Source: Candidatus Lindowbacteria bacterium RIFCSPLOWO2_12_FULL_62_27 (GTDB taxonomy: Bacteria; Lindowbacteria; 2-12-FULL-62-27). Taken from it: a stretch of 64,000 bases of DNA. Below, one piece after another: positions 30,989-41,900 of the stretch (the stretch's first letter is position 1; every line of letters starts with the position of its first letter). The position numbers were made by a program, and so were the translations under genes. The notes under the pieces are model-generated. The model had not been told where the DNA came from and did no database searches. It was given only the letters and a program-made list of their open reading frames with translations. The stretch is from the NCBI GenBank assembly GCA_001784175.1, contig MFPR01000019.1:1-64000 (forward strand). The letters run 5' to 3'.

Positions 30989-31957
30989 GTGAAAATGAAA
31001 ACAACGAGCGCGGTGCTTCAGGCACCCCATCGGCCTATTCCGGTTCGTGATGAAAAGGAAAAACTGGCGTTGAACCTGTTCGACGCCCTCTGGGTCCGCT
31101 ACCGGCGGCGCGTGGCGCATGTGCGCGCCTACGAGCAGGTCATCCGTCGGCACGGCGCGACGTTCGTGAACGACCACATCGCCTTTCGGACCCTCGCCCT
31201 CCAGAAACCGATGACCGGCATTTTCACCCTTTCCAGAATTTTCATGTCTCTGGGCTGGTCGCCGGCCGCCTGCCATGAATTCCCGGACAAGCACATGAGT
31301 TCCATTCACCTTGAACACGCCAACACCCTCTTTCCGAAACTGTTCGTCACCGAACTCAAAACGTGGGAACTCCCGGACGCCGCGCGGAAAATCATCCGGC
31401 AGGCGATCAAATCCCACGGGCCGCAATTCTCCGATAACGATCTCACGGACCTCCGGAACGCAAACCAAATCCGGCCCGCCCGGCGGCGGGCTCTGCTCAA
31501 GTCGCTCATCCGGTTCTTCACCGCGCTGCCATGGAAGATCCCGCGGCGCGAGTGGGTGGCGGCGATCGACCGGGAAACGCAGTTCGGCGCGTGGGTGCTT
31601 CTGAACGGCTATGAGGTCAACCACTTTACCGCCTCGGTCAATTCCCACGGTGTCGCGAGCCTCGATGACATCGACAAGACAGTTGCCGCCATGAAAAAAG
31701 CCGGCGTGCCGATGAAAAAGGAAATCGAGGGCGCGCCGGGCAGCGTCCTGCGGCAGACCTCGACGGAATCGGTCGTCCTGCCCTTTCGGGTGCGCGGAAA
31801 ACGCGGGCCGGAAAAACTCGACTGGACCTGCGCCTATTTCGAAATCGCCGAGCGCGGCTATTGGGTGGACCCGCTGAGCGGCCTCCGGCGGCGGTTCGAG
31901 GGATTCCTGGGCGCACAGGCCACGCACCTGTTCGACATGACGAGGCTGCAAAAATAA
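30989..31957 (+). CDS. DUF1338 (HGLS / 2-oxoadipate dioxygenase-like) protein
   Basis: NDHIAFRT, PK.FV.EL, NHFT, LRQTS, YFE.AER, FEGF...A..LF. Confidence 0.8.
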   Translation: MKMKTTSAVLQAPHRPIPVRDEKEKLALNLFDALWVRYRRRVAHVRAYEQVIRRHGATFVNDHIAFRTLALQKPMTGIFTLSRIFMSLGWSPAACHEFPDKHMSSIHLEHANTLFPKLFVTELKTWELPDAARKIIRQAIKSHGPQFSDNDLTDLRNANQIRPARRRALLKSLIRFFTALPWKIPRREWVAAIDRETQFGAWVLLNGYEVNHFTASVNSHGVASLDDIDKTVAAMKKAGVPMKKEIEGAPGSVLRQTSTESVVLPFRVRGKRGPEKLDWTCAYFEIAERGYWVDPLSGLRRRFEGFLGAQATHLFDMTRLQK

Positions 31958-31966
31958 ATATATGGT

Positions 31967-33310
31967 ATGCTGTGGCCGATGAGTGTCCTGTGTCTGATCG
32001 TGGCGTTGCTCTGTCCCGTAACCGCGTGGGCCGCGCCGGCGTCTGAGATCGAGAAAGGTTTTCTGGCGGAGATCAAGGCCAATCCCGAAGACGGCGCCGC
32101 CTATTATGCCCTCGGCCTGATCCGCTTCAAGGAAAGCCGGCTCGCCGAGGCCAACTACTATTTCAAGTCCGCCGCGCGGCTCATGCCGGACGACCCCAAC
32201 TGCCGGGTGCGGCTCGGCATGACCCTTGAGCGCATGGGCCTGACAGAACGCGCGCGGGCCATGTTCGGCGAAGCCCTGAAGCTCGACCCGGACCACGCGG
32301 AGGCCCGGGCGCATCTTGAGCCGCCCTCCGGAGGCGATGACCCGGGTCCCGCCATCCCAAAAGATACATCCCCCCCACCTATTATTTTTGAGAAATCACC
32401 GCCGCCTGCTCCTGCGAAACAGGCGCCCGTAGAGAAAAAGGATACATCTCCCCCCAAGATCGACGTAAACGAGGCCCGCGCCGGTTTCCGGGCCGAATCC
32501 CGCGACCGGATCCTGGCCGAAACTCGCCCCTTGGTCGCCGTCGTCGATACGATCCCGCGTCTTCGCCTGCCGCCTCCATCCCCGGACACGGCCGTGGCCC
32601 GGCGCGATACGCCGGCGCAGGCGCGCGAGACGCACGAGGCCCGCAAGGCGCCGGACTTGGCCAGGCTGCCGGCCCCGAAACTTCAGTGGCCGGTCTCTAC
32701 CGCCGCCAAACCGGAAACGGCCCTCGTGCGTCCGCCGGCGCCGGCTCAGTCGTCGGCGCCTCCGCCACCACCGCCCCCGCCGCCCCCTCCTCCCGCGCCC
32801 GAAATCTCCGCGTCGCGCGAGGACCTGAGCCGCGTCCACGAGCTGATTCGCGTCACCGAACTGTCCATCCGCGGCATGGAGCGTCAAGCCGAGACGATCC
32901 GGGACAAGGTGCGTGAAACGGAGAAAGGCATCGACGGCCTCGGCGCCCGGACGGACCAGAAGGAGAGCGAGATCAAAAAACAATACAAGGAACAGATTCT
33001 CCGCCAGGAGGCCGAGCTCGAACGGCTCCGCCAGAGGCTCCGCGCCCTCGAAGAGCGCCAGTGGATGGAACCCCGCGTCACGTGGAACCCGCCGCCCCCG
33101 ACGCCCTCCCTCGCCGGCTTGAACCTCAACACCGCCACGCTCAAGGAGCTCGAATCCCTCCCCGGCGTCGACCGCCGGCTGGCCGAGAACATCCTCTGGT
33201 ATCGCGAGAACGTCGGGCCTTTCCTCGGACCCCGCGATATGCTATTTGTGCCGGGCATGACGGAAGACCGCTATCTGGATCTCATCAACCGCGGGGTGGA
33301 CGTGCGTTGA
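31967..33310 (+). CDS. Secreted TPR / Pro-rich / coiled-coil protein with C-terminal helix-hairpin-helix (ComEA-like) domain
   Basis: Signal peptide; TPR repeats; poly-Pro; LNLNTAT.KELESLPGV...LAENI..YR...GPF....L..VPG. Confidence 0.8.
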   Translation: MLWPMSVLCLIVALLCPVTAWAAPASEIEKGFLAEIKANPEDGAAYYALGLIRFKESRLAEANYYFKSAARLMPDDPNCRVRLGMTLERMGLTERARAMFGEALKLDPDHAEARAHLEPPSGGDDPGPAIPKDTSPPPIIFEKSPPPAPAKQAPVEKKDTSPPKIDVNEARAGFRAESRDRILAETRPLVAVVDTIPRLRLPPPSPDTAVARRDTPAQARETHEARKAPDLARLPAPKLQWPVSTAAKPETALVRPPAPAQSSAPPPPPPPPPPPPAPEISASREDLSRVHELIRVTELSIRGMERQAETIRDKVRETEKGIDGLGARTDQKESEIKKQYKEQILRQEAELERLRQRLRALEERQWMEPRVTWNPPPPTPSLAGLNLNTATLKELESLPGVDRRLAENILWYRENVGPFLGPRDMLFVPGMTEDRYLDLINRGVDVR

Positions 33311-33666
33311 AAAAGAAGGATTTTTACACCGAGGTCGACAAGGTCGGCGACCAGGACCGGGCGACGCTGGTCAAGATCCACGGATTTTTGGACGAGGCGA
33401 CCGCGCCCGAAATGGACAAGCAGCTCGTGTCGATGATCGACAAGGGCCGCATCCGGTTCGTCTTTGACTGCACCGAGATGAAGTACATCGCTTCCAGCGG
33501 CATCGGCGTCTTCATCCGGCTCTTCGGCGTCGTTTCCGAAAAGGACGGCGATTTCGTGTTCATCCATGTCCGCCCCGAAATCCAGCGCATCTTCTCCATG
33601 CTCGGGCTTGAAAAGCTCTTCAAGTTCCGACCCAGCCTCCAGGCGGCCCTGAAAGAATTCTCGTAA
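33307..33666 (+). CDS. STAS-domain anti-sigma-factor antagonist
   Basis: G.LD..TAP, D....YIASSGIG, IF..LG; TTG start overlapping the upstream TGA. Confidence 0.88.
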   Translation: MKKKDFYTEVDKVGDQDRATLVKIHGFLDEATAPEMDKQLVSMIDKGRIRFVFDCTEMKYIASSGIGVFIRLFGVVSEKDGDFVFIHVRPEIQRIFSMLGLEKLFKFRPSLQAALKEFS

Positions 33667-33668
33667 TC

Positions 33669-35309
33669 TTGCTCCGGAAAACGAAAACGCGGGCCCGGAC
33701 GCGGCCGGGTCAGCGCCTCCGGCGCCGGCCGTCCCCCGCGCCGGACCTGACCTATCCGCCCGGCGATTTCGCCGACAACGTCATTCGCAGCATGGTTGAC
33801 ACCCTGATCGTGACGGACGCGCGCGGGGTGGTCCGGCGCGTCAACGAAGTGACGTGCAGGCTGTCCGGCTATGTTGAACGCGAACTCGTCGGCCGGCCGG
33901 TGGGGATCCTGTTTGTCGAGCAGAAAAAAATGCCGTTCATGGAATACTGGATGAAAAAACTGGACACCGGCATGGTCGCCCGGGACGTCGGCATGACCCT
34001 GCGGACCAAATCCGGCGTCGACATCCCCATGTTCTTCTCCGGGTCCGTCATGAAAAACCGCCGCGGCGACGTCCTCGGCAGCGTCTTTGTCGGCCGCGAC
34101 ATGCGCGAGACCCAGAAACTCATGCAGTCCTCGACCGAGGCCATCCTCGACGCGCGCCAGAAAGCCACCGAGCTTCGGAAACACGCCCAGGAGCTGGCGG
34201 ACCAGAAGGCCTACAACGAGGAGATCGTGTCGGCCATCCCGACCGCCCTCCTTGTCCTCAATACCGAGTTCGACATCCTGTCCGTGAACCGCCGCTATCA
34301 GGAACTCTTCGGCCTCGGCGCCGAGGAGGTGTACCTCCGGCCCTTCGTCGAATGCGTGGGCGAGATCAGCGACGAAACGCGTGCGCGGATTCTCGAGCGC
34401 CTCGAACAGCTCAAGTCCCAGGGCGGGGCCATGGCAAGTTTCGAGTTCCCGTTCCTCCGGGCCGACCGCGCCTCCGGCGCCGAACCCGCGGCGAAAATCG
34501 TCTCGATGTCGGCCGTCGTCCTTCGGCTGACCCGCGACGTGAGGCTCCTCATCCTGCTGGAAGACGTCACCGAATCCAAGCGCCTCATGGAGCATCTGGT
34601 CCGGAGCGAAAAGCTGGAGGCGACCACCAACCTCGCCGCCGGCCTGGCCCACGAAATCAAAAACCCGCTCGGCATCATCCTCGGCCATATTCAGCTTCTG
34701 TCCATGAAACTCAAAGCCCAACAGGCCGCCGATGGCGACGTGAAGCACAGCGTCCAGGTCATCGAAAAAATGGTCGACCGCGCGACCTCGCTGGTCCGCG
34801 GCCTCATGGATTTCGCCCGCGAAACCGAAGTGCGGCCCAAGCCCATTCAGCTTCACGAGTTCCTCTCCGGCATCCTCGACATGGTCTTCCCCCGCATGAA
34901 CGAACACAAAATCCACCTCATCCAGCAGTATCCCCGGCGACGGCCCATGACCATCCGCGCCGACGAAACCATGATGACACAGCTCTTCACCAACCTCCTC
35001 TTCAACGCCATCGAAAGCATGACCGACGGCGGGGAACTCCGCGTCGAAACGCTAGCCGTCGAGGAGACGAACATGGCGCAGGTCCGCATCGCCGACTCCG
35101 GATGCGGCATTCCGCCCGAACATCTCGCCCGCGTCTTTCAGCCGTTTTTCTCCACCAAACCCAAGGGCACCGGCATGGGCCTGCCCGTCTGTTACGGGAT
35201 CGTCGAAAAGCACGGCGGCCAGATCGACATCCAGAGCGAGGCCGGCCGGGGCACGACCGTCACCGTGTGGCTGCCGCTGCACGCGCCGAAGCACGCCGGA
35301 ACGCCCTGA
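33669..35309 (+). CDS. PAS-PAS histidine kinase (NtrB-like)
   Basis: H-box AHEIKNPL, N-box NLLFNA, G boxes DSGCGI and GTGMGL, F-box FQPFFSTK. Confidence 0.93.
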   Translation: MLRKTKTRARTRPGQRLRRRPSPAPDLTYPPGDFADNVIRSMVDTLIVTDARGVVRRVNEVTCRLSGYVERELVGRPVGILFVEQKKMPFMEYWMKKLDTGMVARDVGMTLRTKSGVDIPMFFSGSVMKNRRGDVLGSVFVGRDMRETQKLMQSSTEAILDARQKATELRKHAQELADQKAYNEEIVSAIPTALLVLNTEFDILSVNRRYQELFGLGAEEVYLRPFVECVGEISDETRARILERLEQLKSQGGAMASFEFPFLRADRASGAEPAAKIVSMSAVVLRLTRDVRLLILLEDVTESKRLMEHLVRSEKLEATTNLAAGLAHEIKNPLGIILGHIQLLSMKLKAQQAADGDVKHSVQVIEKMVDRATSLVRGLMDFARETEVRPKPIQLHEFLSGILDMVFPRMNEHKIHLIQQYPRRRPMTIRADETMMTQLFTNLLFNAIESMTDGGELRVETLAVEETNMAQVRIADSGCGIPPEHLARVFQPFFSTKPKGTGMGLPVCYGIVEKHGGQIDIQSEAGRGTTVTVWLPLHAPKHAGTP

Positions 35310-35314
35310 GCGCG

Positions 35315-36754
35315 ATGTCCGCGAAGCAGATCCTCGTCGTGGACGATGAGGAAGAGTTCGGCTGGTTTCTGAAGAAGGCGCTCGAACAGGAGGGGTACCA
35401 GGTCGATCACGTTCTCTCCGCCGAAGCCGCCCTCCAGCGGGCGCTGTCGAAGGACCCGGTGGACCTGATGATTCTGGACCACAAGATGCCGGGCATGAGC
35501 GGCGTCGATCTCTTGAAGCGGCTGAGTTTCGAGAAGAAACTTCCGCGGACCATCATGATGACCGCCTTCGGGCACCGCGCCATGGCCGTCGAGTGCCTCG
35601 AGCTTGGCGTGTTTGACTTCGTCCAAAAACCCTTCAACCTCGACAACATGCTCTTCCGCGTCTACCGCGCGTTCGAGGGAAAGGCCGGCGCGCCGGACGC
35701 GGTCGGGGGAAAATCCAAGTGGCGCAAGAGCACCGCCGGGATCACCTACGCCAGCCCCGTGATGAAAAATATTCTGAACACGATCGACAAAGTCGCCAAG
35801 GAAAACGTGCCGGTCCTGATCCTCGGCGAAACCGGCACCGGCAAGGAACTCATCGCGTCGGCCATCCATCACAACACCTACAATCCCCGCAAGGACCGGA
35901 CCTTCATCGCGATCAACTGCAGTTCGCTTTCGGAATCGCTTCTCGAAAGCGAGCTGTTCGGGCACGCCAGGGGCGCCTTCACCGGCGCGGTGGGCACGAA
36001 GCTCGGCATATTCGAGGCCGCAGCCGGCGGCACGCTCTTTCTGGACGAGATCGTCGACGCTTCGCCGGCGATCCAGGCCAAGCTCCTGCGGGTCCTCGAC
36101 TCGGGCGAGTATTTCAAGCTCGGCGAGACGCGGCCCCGCAAGGCCGACGTGCGGATCCTCGCAGCTACCAACCAGGATATTCCGGACCGGATCGCCGCCG
36201 GCGCGTTCCGGGAGGATCTGTACCAGCGACTCAAGGGCGTCCAGATTTTCATCCCGCCGCTCCGGGAGCGCCCGGAGGACATCCCGATCCTGATCGATTT
36301 TTATCTCGACTATTACAACCGCCTCGCCGAAAAGGACGTAACCCTGAGCGACGACGCGCGGGCGGCGCTGACAAAATACGAATGGATCGGAAACATCCGC
36401 GAGCTCAGCCACCTCGTGCAGAACCTCGTGATCGTCTCCGAAGGCTCCGTGGTCCGGCTGTCCGACCTGCCCGATTCCGTCACCCGGACGGCGGCCCAAA
36501 CCCGCCCGAAGGGAACGGCCGGCCCGGTCATCAACATGGAGAGCATCCCGCCGGGCGCGTCGCTTTCGGAACTTCGGGCCGGCGCCCTCGAGCAGGTCGA
36601 GCGCGCCTATTTCGTGCAGCTTCTGAAAGCGCACCACGGCAAAATCCAGGCGGTGGCCGACTCGGCCAAAGTCACGCGCCGGCACGTGTCGCAGAAACTG
36701 AAAGAACTCGGAATCAACCCCAAACAGTACAAGGTCCGCAAGCGCAAAAAATGA
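35315..36754 (+). CDS. Sigma-54-dependent response regulator (NtrC family)
   Basis: REC domain (VVDDE, D..MPG, KPF); Walker A GETGTGKE; ESELFGH..GAFTGA; LFLDEI. Confidence 0.95.
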   Translation: MSAKQILVVDDEEEFGWFLKKALEQEGYQVDHVLSAEAALQRALSKDPVDLMILDHKMPGMSGVDLLKRLSFEKKLPRTIMMTAFGHRAMAVECLELGVFDFVQKPFNLDNMLFRVYRAFEGKAGAPDAVGGKSKWRKSTAGITYASPVMKNILNTIDKVAKENVPVLILGETGTGKELIASAIHHNTYNPRKDRTFIAINCSSLSESLLESELFGHARGAFTGAVGTKLGIFEAAAGGTLFLDEIVDASPAIQAKLLRVLDSGEYFKLGETRPRKADVRILAATNQDIPDRIAAGAFREDLYQRLKGVQIFIPPLRERPEDIPILIDFYLDYYNRLAEKDVTLSDDARAALTKYEWIGNIRELSHLVQNLVIVSEGSVVRLSDLPDSVTRTAAQTRPKGTAGPVINMESIPPGASLSELRAGALEQVERAYFVQLLKAHHGKIQAVADSAKVTRRHVSQKLKELGINPKQYKVRKRKK

Positions 36755-37614
36755 CACTCGACCCGCGCGCGCGGGAGGTTCTGCAAAGGATCGAGGGCAT
36801 TGCGGCCCTGCCGACCATCGCCCGCCGGGCGATCGACCTTCTGGACAACCCGCATTCGAACGTCGACCAGATCTGCGCCGTGGCCTCGGTCGACCCGGGC
36901 CTGGTGACGCTCCTTCTTCGCACCGTCAACTCCGCCTACTTCGGACTGCGCTCGCGCGTGACGTCGGTCAAGCACGCGCTGGTGATTCTGGGCATCGAAA
37001 AATTCCGCCGGCTGATCGTGGCCTCGGCCCTCATGCAGAAATTCCGGGGCGTGTCCAAGGCCGTCGACGAGGCCTTCTGGGACCACGCCCTGCACGCGGC
37101 CCAGTGGTCCAAGGAAATCGGCCGGCATCTGCGGCTCGACAACCCCGACGACCTGTACATCTGCGGCCTCATCCACAATACGGGCCATTTCGTGATCCTC
37201 CTGTATTTCAAATCCGAATCCAAGATCATCGAAGCCGCCGTCCGGTCCGGCGCGCCGCCGGTCCGGGCCGAAAAGGACATCCTGGGATGGACCCACGCCG
37301 AAATCGGCGCCTGGCTGTTTCACCACTGGAAAATGCCGGAAGAAATCATCGAAAGCGCCTTCTATCATCACCACGACCTGCGCCGCGTCAAACCCAAAAA
37401 AGACCTGCGCTCCTCAACCCTCGTCGTCCATCTCGCCGCCGCCCTCACCGACATCGATCCCGCGTCCGGCGCCTACGACTACGACGAGAAACTGGAAAAA
37501 ACCTTCCGGTCGCACGAGGGCCTGCTGGCCTTGCAGGACATCGACGCCGTCAAACTCTCAGACGAAGTCAGCGCCGCCTGCGAGGCGGTCAGAAAAATAT
37601 TTGCTAAGTCCTGA
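36751..37614 (+). CDS. HDOD-domain protein
   Basis: LP, DP.L...LL..VNSAYFG, FW.H, GL.H..G, E..LG..HAEIG..L...W..P. Confidence 0.9.
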   Translation: MTLDPRAREVLQRIEGIAALPTIARRAIDLLDNPHSNVDQICAVASVDPGLVTLLLRTVNSAYFGLRSRVTSVKHALVILGIEKFRRLIVASALMQKFRGVSKAVDEAFWDHALHAAQWSKEIGRHLRLDNPDDLYICGLIHNTGHFVILLYFKSESKIIEAAVRSGAPPVRAEKDILGWTHAEIGAWLFHHWKMPEEIIESAFYHHHDLRRVKPKKDLRSSTLVVHLAAALTDIDPASGAYDYDEKLEKTFRSHEGLLALQDIDAVKLSDEVSAACEAVRKIFAKS

Positions 37615-38269
37615 TAATCTCCGCGACCACCGTCCGGATTTTGCCGGTCATCCACTGGAGTTCCTGGTCGGTGAGCGCCAGCTTGGTTCCCTCGACGTTG
37701 ATCACCTCCAGCCGCCGGTTGATGGCGGCGACCAGCTCATGTGTCTCCAGGGTGCGTTTCAGGTCTTCACAGGCAACGCGAAAGGCCTCCGGATAACACT
37801 CGTGGAGAACGCACAAATCGTGGATGTCCGTCGGTTCGATCCGGTTCACGATGCAGCGCATTTTTTCAACGGCCATGTCCTCGGGGGACAGGACCGGCAG
37901 TTGCAGGTCCGGATCGATCAGAACGCTTAGAGGCCTCCATATCTTGCCGATGTCGACCTTGATCGGCTTTCCCGCGGTCGGGTACTCCACATAAATCTGG
38001 CAAAAATGCTCGCCCCGGCGCTCGACCCGGTGGCCGATCTTGTCTTTCTCGCAGGTCTGCACAAGCTCTCGCATGGCCCTGTAACTCGACACTTCTTCCT
38101 TTGGGCTGAACACATCGATATCCGTGCTGGTCCTCGCCTGCCGCGGATTTCGCAGCGTGAGCCATGTGCCGCCGCCCAGCGCGAAATTCTCGCGGATCAG
38201 CGGATGGGCCATCACCCATTGGGCAAGCGCCAGGACATCCTCGCGAAGAATGACGCGTTGTTCAGCCAT
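37604..38269 (-). CDS. AbiEii/AbiGii-family nucleotidyltransferase toxin
   Basis: LGGGT.L, R.S.DIDVF, K....R.E..D..DL; start MAEQ at 38269 overlaps the partner stop. Confidence 0.8.
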   Translation of the reverse strand: MAEQRVILREDVLALAQWVMAHPLIRENFALGGGTWLTLRNPRQARTSTDIDVFSPKEEVSSYRAMRELVQTCEKDKIGHRVERRGEHFCQIYVEYPTAGKPIKVDIGKIWRPLSVLIDPDLQLPVLSPEDMAVEKMRCIVNRIEPTDIHDLCVLHECYPEAFRVACEDLKRTLETHELVAAINRRLEVINVEGTKLALTDQELQWMTGKIRTVVAEIIRT

Positions 38270-38594
38270 AGAGACCTTCAACCAGTCCAAGGCGCGCGTT
38301 CCGTTCGAGGGCGGTGGGGGCGGACCGCGCAAATCGCAGGGCGGTTCGTCGGTTGAGCGCTTTGGGTATGAGTTGCGGGGCCCTCGTATACAGCACGCGG
38401 GCGATTTCCATGAGGGTCATCCGGCCCTCCTCCCTCCAGAAAATGGGCCTTAACTCCCTTGGGATATCGATTGCCCACCGGGTTCTTGCGGCCTCGACCG
38501 CCGCCGCCCGCTTGGCGGCGCTTCGGATCCCCTTGGTGGCCCTGCCTCCCAGCCTTCCCAGCGCCACGGCATGCGGGTTTTTTCGTCTTCTCAT
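38262..38594 (-). CDS. Putative antitoxin partner of the AbiEii-like toxin (basic KNP.AVALGRLGG N-terminus)
   Basis: Directly upstream of and overlapping the toxin; IP..LRPIFW motif; has its own promoter. Confidence 0.6.
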   Translation of the reverse strand: MRRRKNPHAVALGRLGGRATKGIRSAAKRAAAVEAARTRWAIDIPRELRPIFWREEGRMTLMEIARVLYTRAPQLIPKALNRRTALRFARSAPTALERNARLGLVEGLYG

Positions 38595-38600
38595 AGGCTA

Positions 38601-38629
38601 TTTATACAACAGCGCTGTCGCATTATCAA
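38601..38629 (-). promoter_or_regulatory. Sigma70-like promoter, probably leaderless, with a palindromic operator
   Basis: TTGATA-17-TATAAA, 6 nt before ATG 38594; ACAGCGCTGT palindrome (38609-38618) in the spacer. Confidence 0.6.
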
Positions 38630-38657
38630 TGGACCCCCATTTTTCATATCGAGATTA

Positions 38658-38803
38658 TTAAACGTACCAGTCTTCGGTCCGAAGACCCGTAAACAGGCGG
38701 AAGTGTTTGGTGTTGTGGGTGACGAGGGTGGCGCGGTGGACGAGGGCCGTGGCCGCGATGAAGGTGTCCACGTCGCCGACGGGACGGCCCCGGCCGGCGA
38801 GGC
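38658..38803 (-). pseudogene. 3' remnant of a PIN/VapC gene, paralogous to 47174-47617
   Basis: Near-identical to 47174-47367 minus a 48-bp insert; encodes ..PVGDVDTFIAATALVHRATLVTHNTKHF..LRTEDWYV*. Confidence 0.88.
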
Positions 38804-38835
38804 GGTCAGAAAAATCTTTGGAAATCCGGGGTTTC

Positions 38836-38858
38836 GTCCCCCCTTGAAAAGGGGGGAC
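38836..38858. terminator. Perfect GC hairpin downstream of the minus-strand operon (terminator or REP-like)
   Basis: GTCCCCCCTT-GAA-AAGGGGGGAC. Confidence 0.5.
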
Positions 38859-38909
38859 TGAGGGGGGTTCGCCTTTTCTTCACCTCCTTCCCCGAATCCG
38901 CCCGGACCC

Positions 38910-41900
38910 TTACCTCACAATCGCCAGCTTGTCCACGAATTTCGCCCCGCCGATTTCGAGAATGTAGATATAAACGCCGGACCCCACCCTCTGCCCGTGC
39001 CGGTCGGTCGTGTCCCATTTCAAGGTCGAGTTGGTTCCCGGCGCGCCCGCCTCTTTGAGTTCCTTCACCAGGCGTCCTCCAACGTCATAGATTTTCAGCG
39101 TCACCTCTCCGGCGGATTGTAGATTGTATTTGAATATCATGTTGCCCGCCGCGTCCGGCCCCGGGTTCGGAAAGACGAAGGTCCGATCCTTGCTGAAATT
39201 TGGCGCGAGAAGCGCCGATAGATAGTCCGCATATCCGACAGCCACCATCAACGTCACCGGCGACCGGTCGTCCGTGATCTGCAGGACCGCCGAGGAGGTT
39301 TGGGTCATGTCCACCGCCCCGTCCGGTCCGCCCACGAGAAACGCGCGATATTCCGGCGGCAGCGCGCCCGCATCCCACTTGAGCGTGACGGCGCCCGCCG
39401 GCCCGCGGACGCTGAGGGGCCAGAACGTCGCGGTCTTCACAGGCGCCGCGATGCTCGCGCCGTAATAATGAGCGGTTGGCGCGCCGCCGGGCGCCGCCGG
39501 ATCCTGCTGCATTCCCGACGCGTCTCCGACGAACACCTGCAAGTCTCCATACAGCCCGGGCGCTTTCCAGAGATCGTTCACGTCTTCGCCGTCGGCCGCG
39601 GCAGGCGCTACGCCGATGAAAGAGAACTCGTCCCGGATTTCGCTCTTCGATCCGTAGGCCATGAGACGCAGACGCCAGTTCGTCATGTCCCTCTCCATAT
39701 TCTTATACAAGGCCGCCTGGCGTTTTGAGTTTGCTGTTTGAGGCAGGCGCGGGTTGGGATAAAACACCAGCGTGCAGGCCTGGTTGACTTTGACCCACAT
39801 CCCAACCCACGGTTTGAGCTGCGCCGCCGTGTCGCCGCTTCCCATCGGATTGATGTACTGCTCCGCGCTCTGGTCCCGCCATTGCAAACGCGTGTCGATG
39901 ACCGACGCCGAATTCAACCCGCGCAGCAGGACCACGGGCGCCGTCCCGGACGGATCCGTATCCACGGCGACGTCATCCAGCCAGTCGATGAAATGCGTGA
40001 AAGGATTGCCGATCATGTTGGCCCCGGTCGCGAGCGGCAGGAGGAAGGTGTCCGGGTTCGGGATGGGTGAATCCGCCAGCCCGACGCCAGTCGCAACCGT
40101 GGACTTGAACCAGTACCCACGCCCGGCCGCATAGGAGTCGAATTCCCCATTGGCGGAATTGTTCGGCGCCGACTGACCGGCCACCGATTTATATCTGTCA
40201 AATGTGCCGTTCGCCGAGGCGATGGCGGGATCGTACCAGTAGGATGTCGCGGTTCCGCTGTAGGACAACTGTGAGAGCCCGGCCAAACGGGTGTCCGGAT
40301 GTTTGAACGGCGCGATGAGCGTCCACTTGTTTGCCGGCACATCCCGCCGGTCCGTATACGCCACGAGCGTGCCGTTCCCGCCGCCGGTGGATGCCGACGC
40401 CTTCACGATGTAGACCCCGTTCCCCGCGCCCAGTGTCAGCGTGCAGGCCAAGATGCCGTCCGCCGGCGTGATGGTGGTAGTCCCGGCCGTCACGGATGCG
40501 CCGCCGGCGGCGCCGCTTCCATTATAATCAATCGCGAACGTGACGGTTTCATTGGACACCGTATCGCCGGCGGCGTCATAGACGGCGATCGAAAACGGCG
40601 CCAATTGGCCCGCAGCGACGACTGGATGGTTGCCGCTGAATACCGCAACCGAATCTCCGGCAAGCCCGCCGCCCGTCATGGTCGCCGACGCCGTCACTGC
40701 GATGTATCGAGGAATGTCGATGTAAGTGACTTTGATGGAATCCCCGGGACGGACATAGAGCTTCCCGTCATTGCCGATGTTCGAGGCGCTGATCGACACG
40801 GCCACCGTGCCCTGAAAGGTCGACGAGTTCGCCGACTGTTCGCTCAGCACGACCGTTTCGATCTCGGTTCCCAAGGTGACATTCGTAATCGTCACGGCCG
40901 TGGTTTCGATGGCACCGGCATTGGCGTTGGGATCCGTGTCGTTGACCTCCACCACGATGCTGTCCATGGCGCGCGCCCGGTAGCTCGCCGCCGCCGGCCC
41001 GTTCGGTTGAATCAACCGCACGGCGCCGAAACTCACATTCGTATCGATCCGGAGGACGCGGACCGCGGACGGCGCACCGGTATTCCCTAGGCGGTCGATC
41101 GCCCGGATCCGCCAGGAATAGGTGTCGTTGTACAGACCGCTGACGGTGTCGGCCGTTCGGGAGCCGCCGACGGTGTCCGCAAAGACCAGCCCGGTGAACG
41201 CCGAACTCGTCGACACCTCCACAACGAAACTGTCGATCCCGACGCTGTCGGCGGGCGCAAGCCACGAAACCACCGGCCGGAACTGGCTCGTTTCATGGCC
41301 GTCCGCGGGCAGGAGGGCGCTGACCTGCCTCACGGACGTGTCCAGAATCAGAATGCGTCCGCTCGTCGTTTCATACGTGTTCGTGTCTCTCCCGATCACC
41401 CGCCAGTAGAAGGTGTCCTCGTGTGGAACGTCCCTGAGGATCGATGTGGATTTCGTGTCCACAATGCTGTCCACCAGACTTGTAAACGACGCGTTCTTGG
41501 ACAACTGCCACGTATACGTTTCAGCCTCCTGCGAAGACCACGCAAACCGAACCGTGGCCTGGCTGGTTTCATGTCCGCTCGCCGGCGCGACAAGGGCGAT
41601 TCCCAGGCCCGTATCAGCGACCGTCAGCGCCAGCGTTACGGTCTCCGCCGACGGCAACGACACCGCCGTTGAAGTTGCGCTGAGCAGAAGCGTGTCGGCC
41701 GACCCGTCGGCGGCGGCCGCCGGCGCCTGCACCAGCACGAGGACCACGGTTTCCGCAAGCTCTCGAAGAACGACGGTGCTCACGGGCGGATCGGAGGCGT
41801 CATAGACGCTGTCGCCATCCGCGTCCAGATACATCCCCCTCACAAAATTGGCGGTCGACTCGCCCCGGACCTGATAGGTGTCGTAGCCGTTGCCCAGATT

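Noticed and set aside
34352-35314. Extended N-termini given by the ORF track (also 22970, 30674, 33061, 35719, 42416, 45400, 48702)
   Set aside because: They overlap real upstream genes or non-coding DNA; downstream starts fit signal peptides, RBSs or stop-start coupling better
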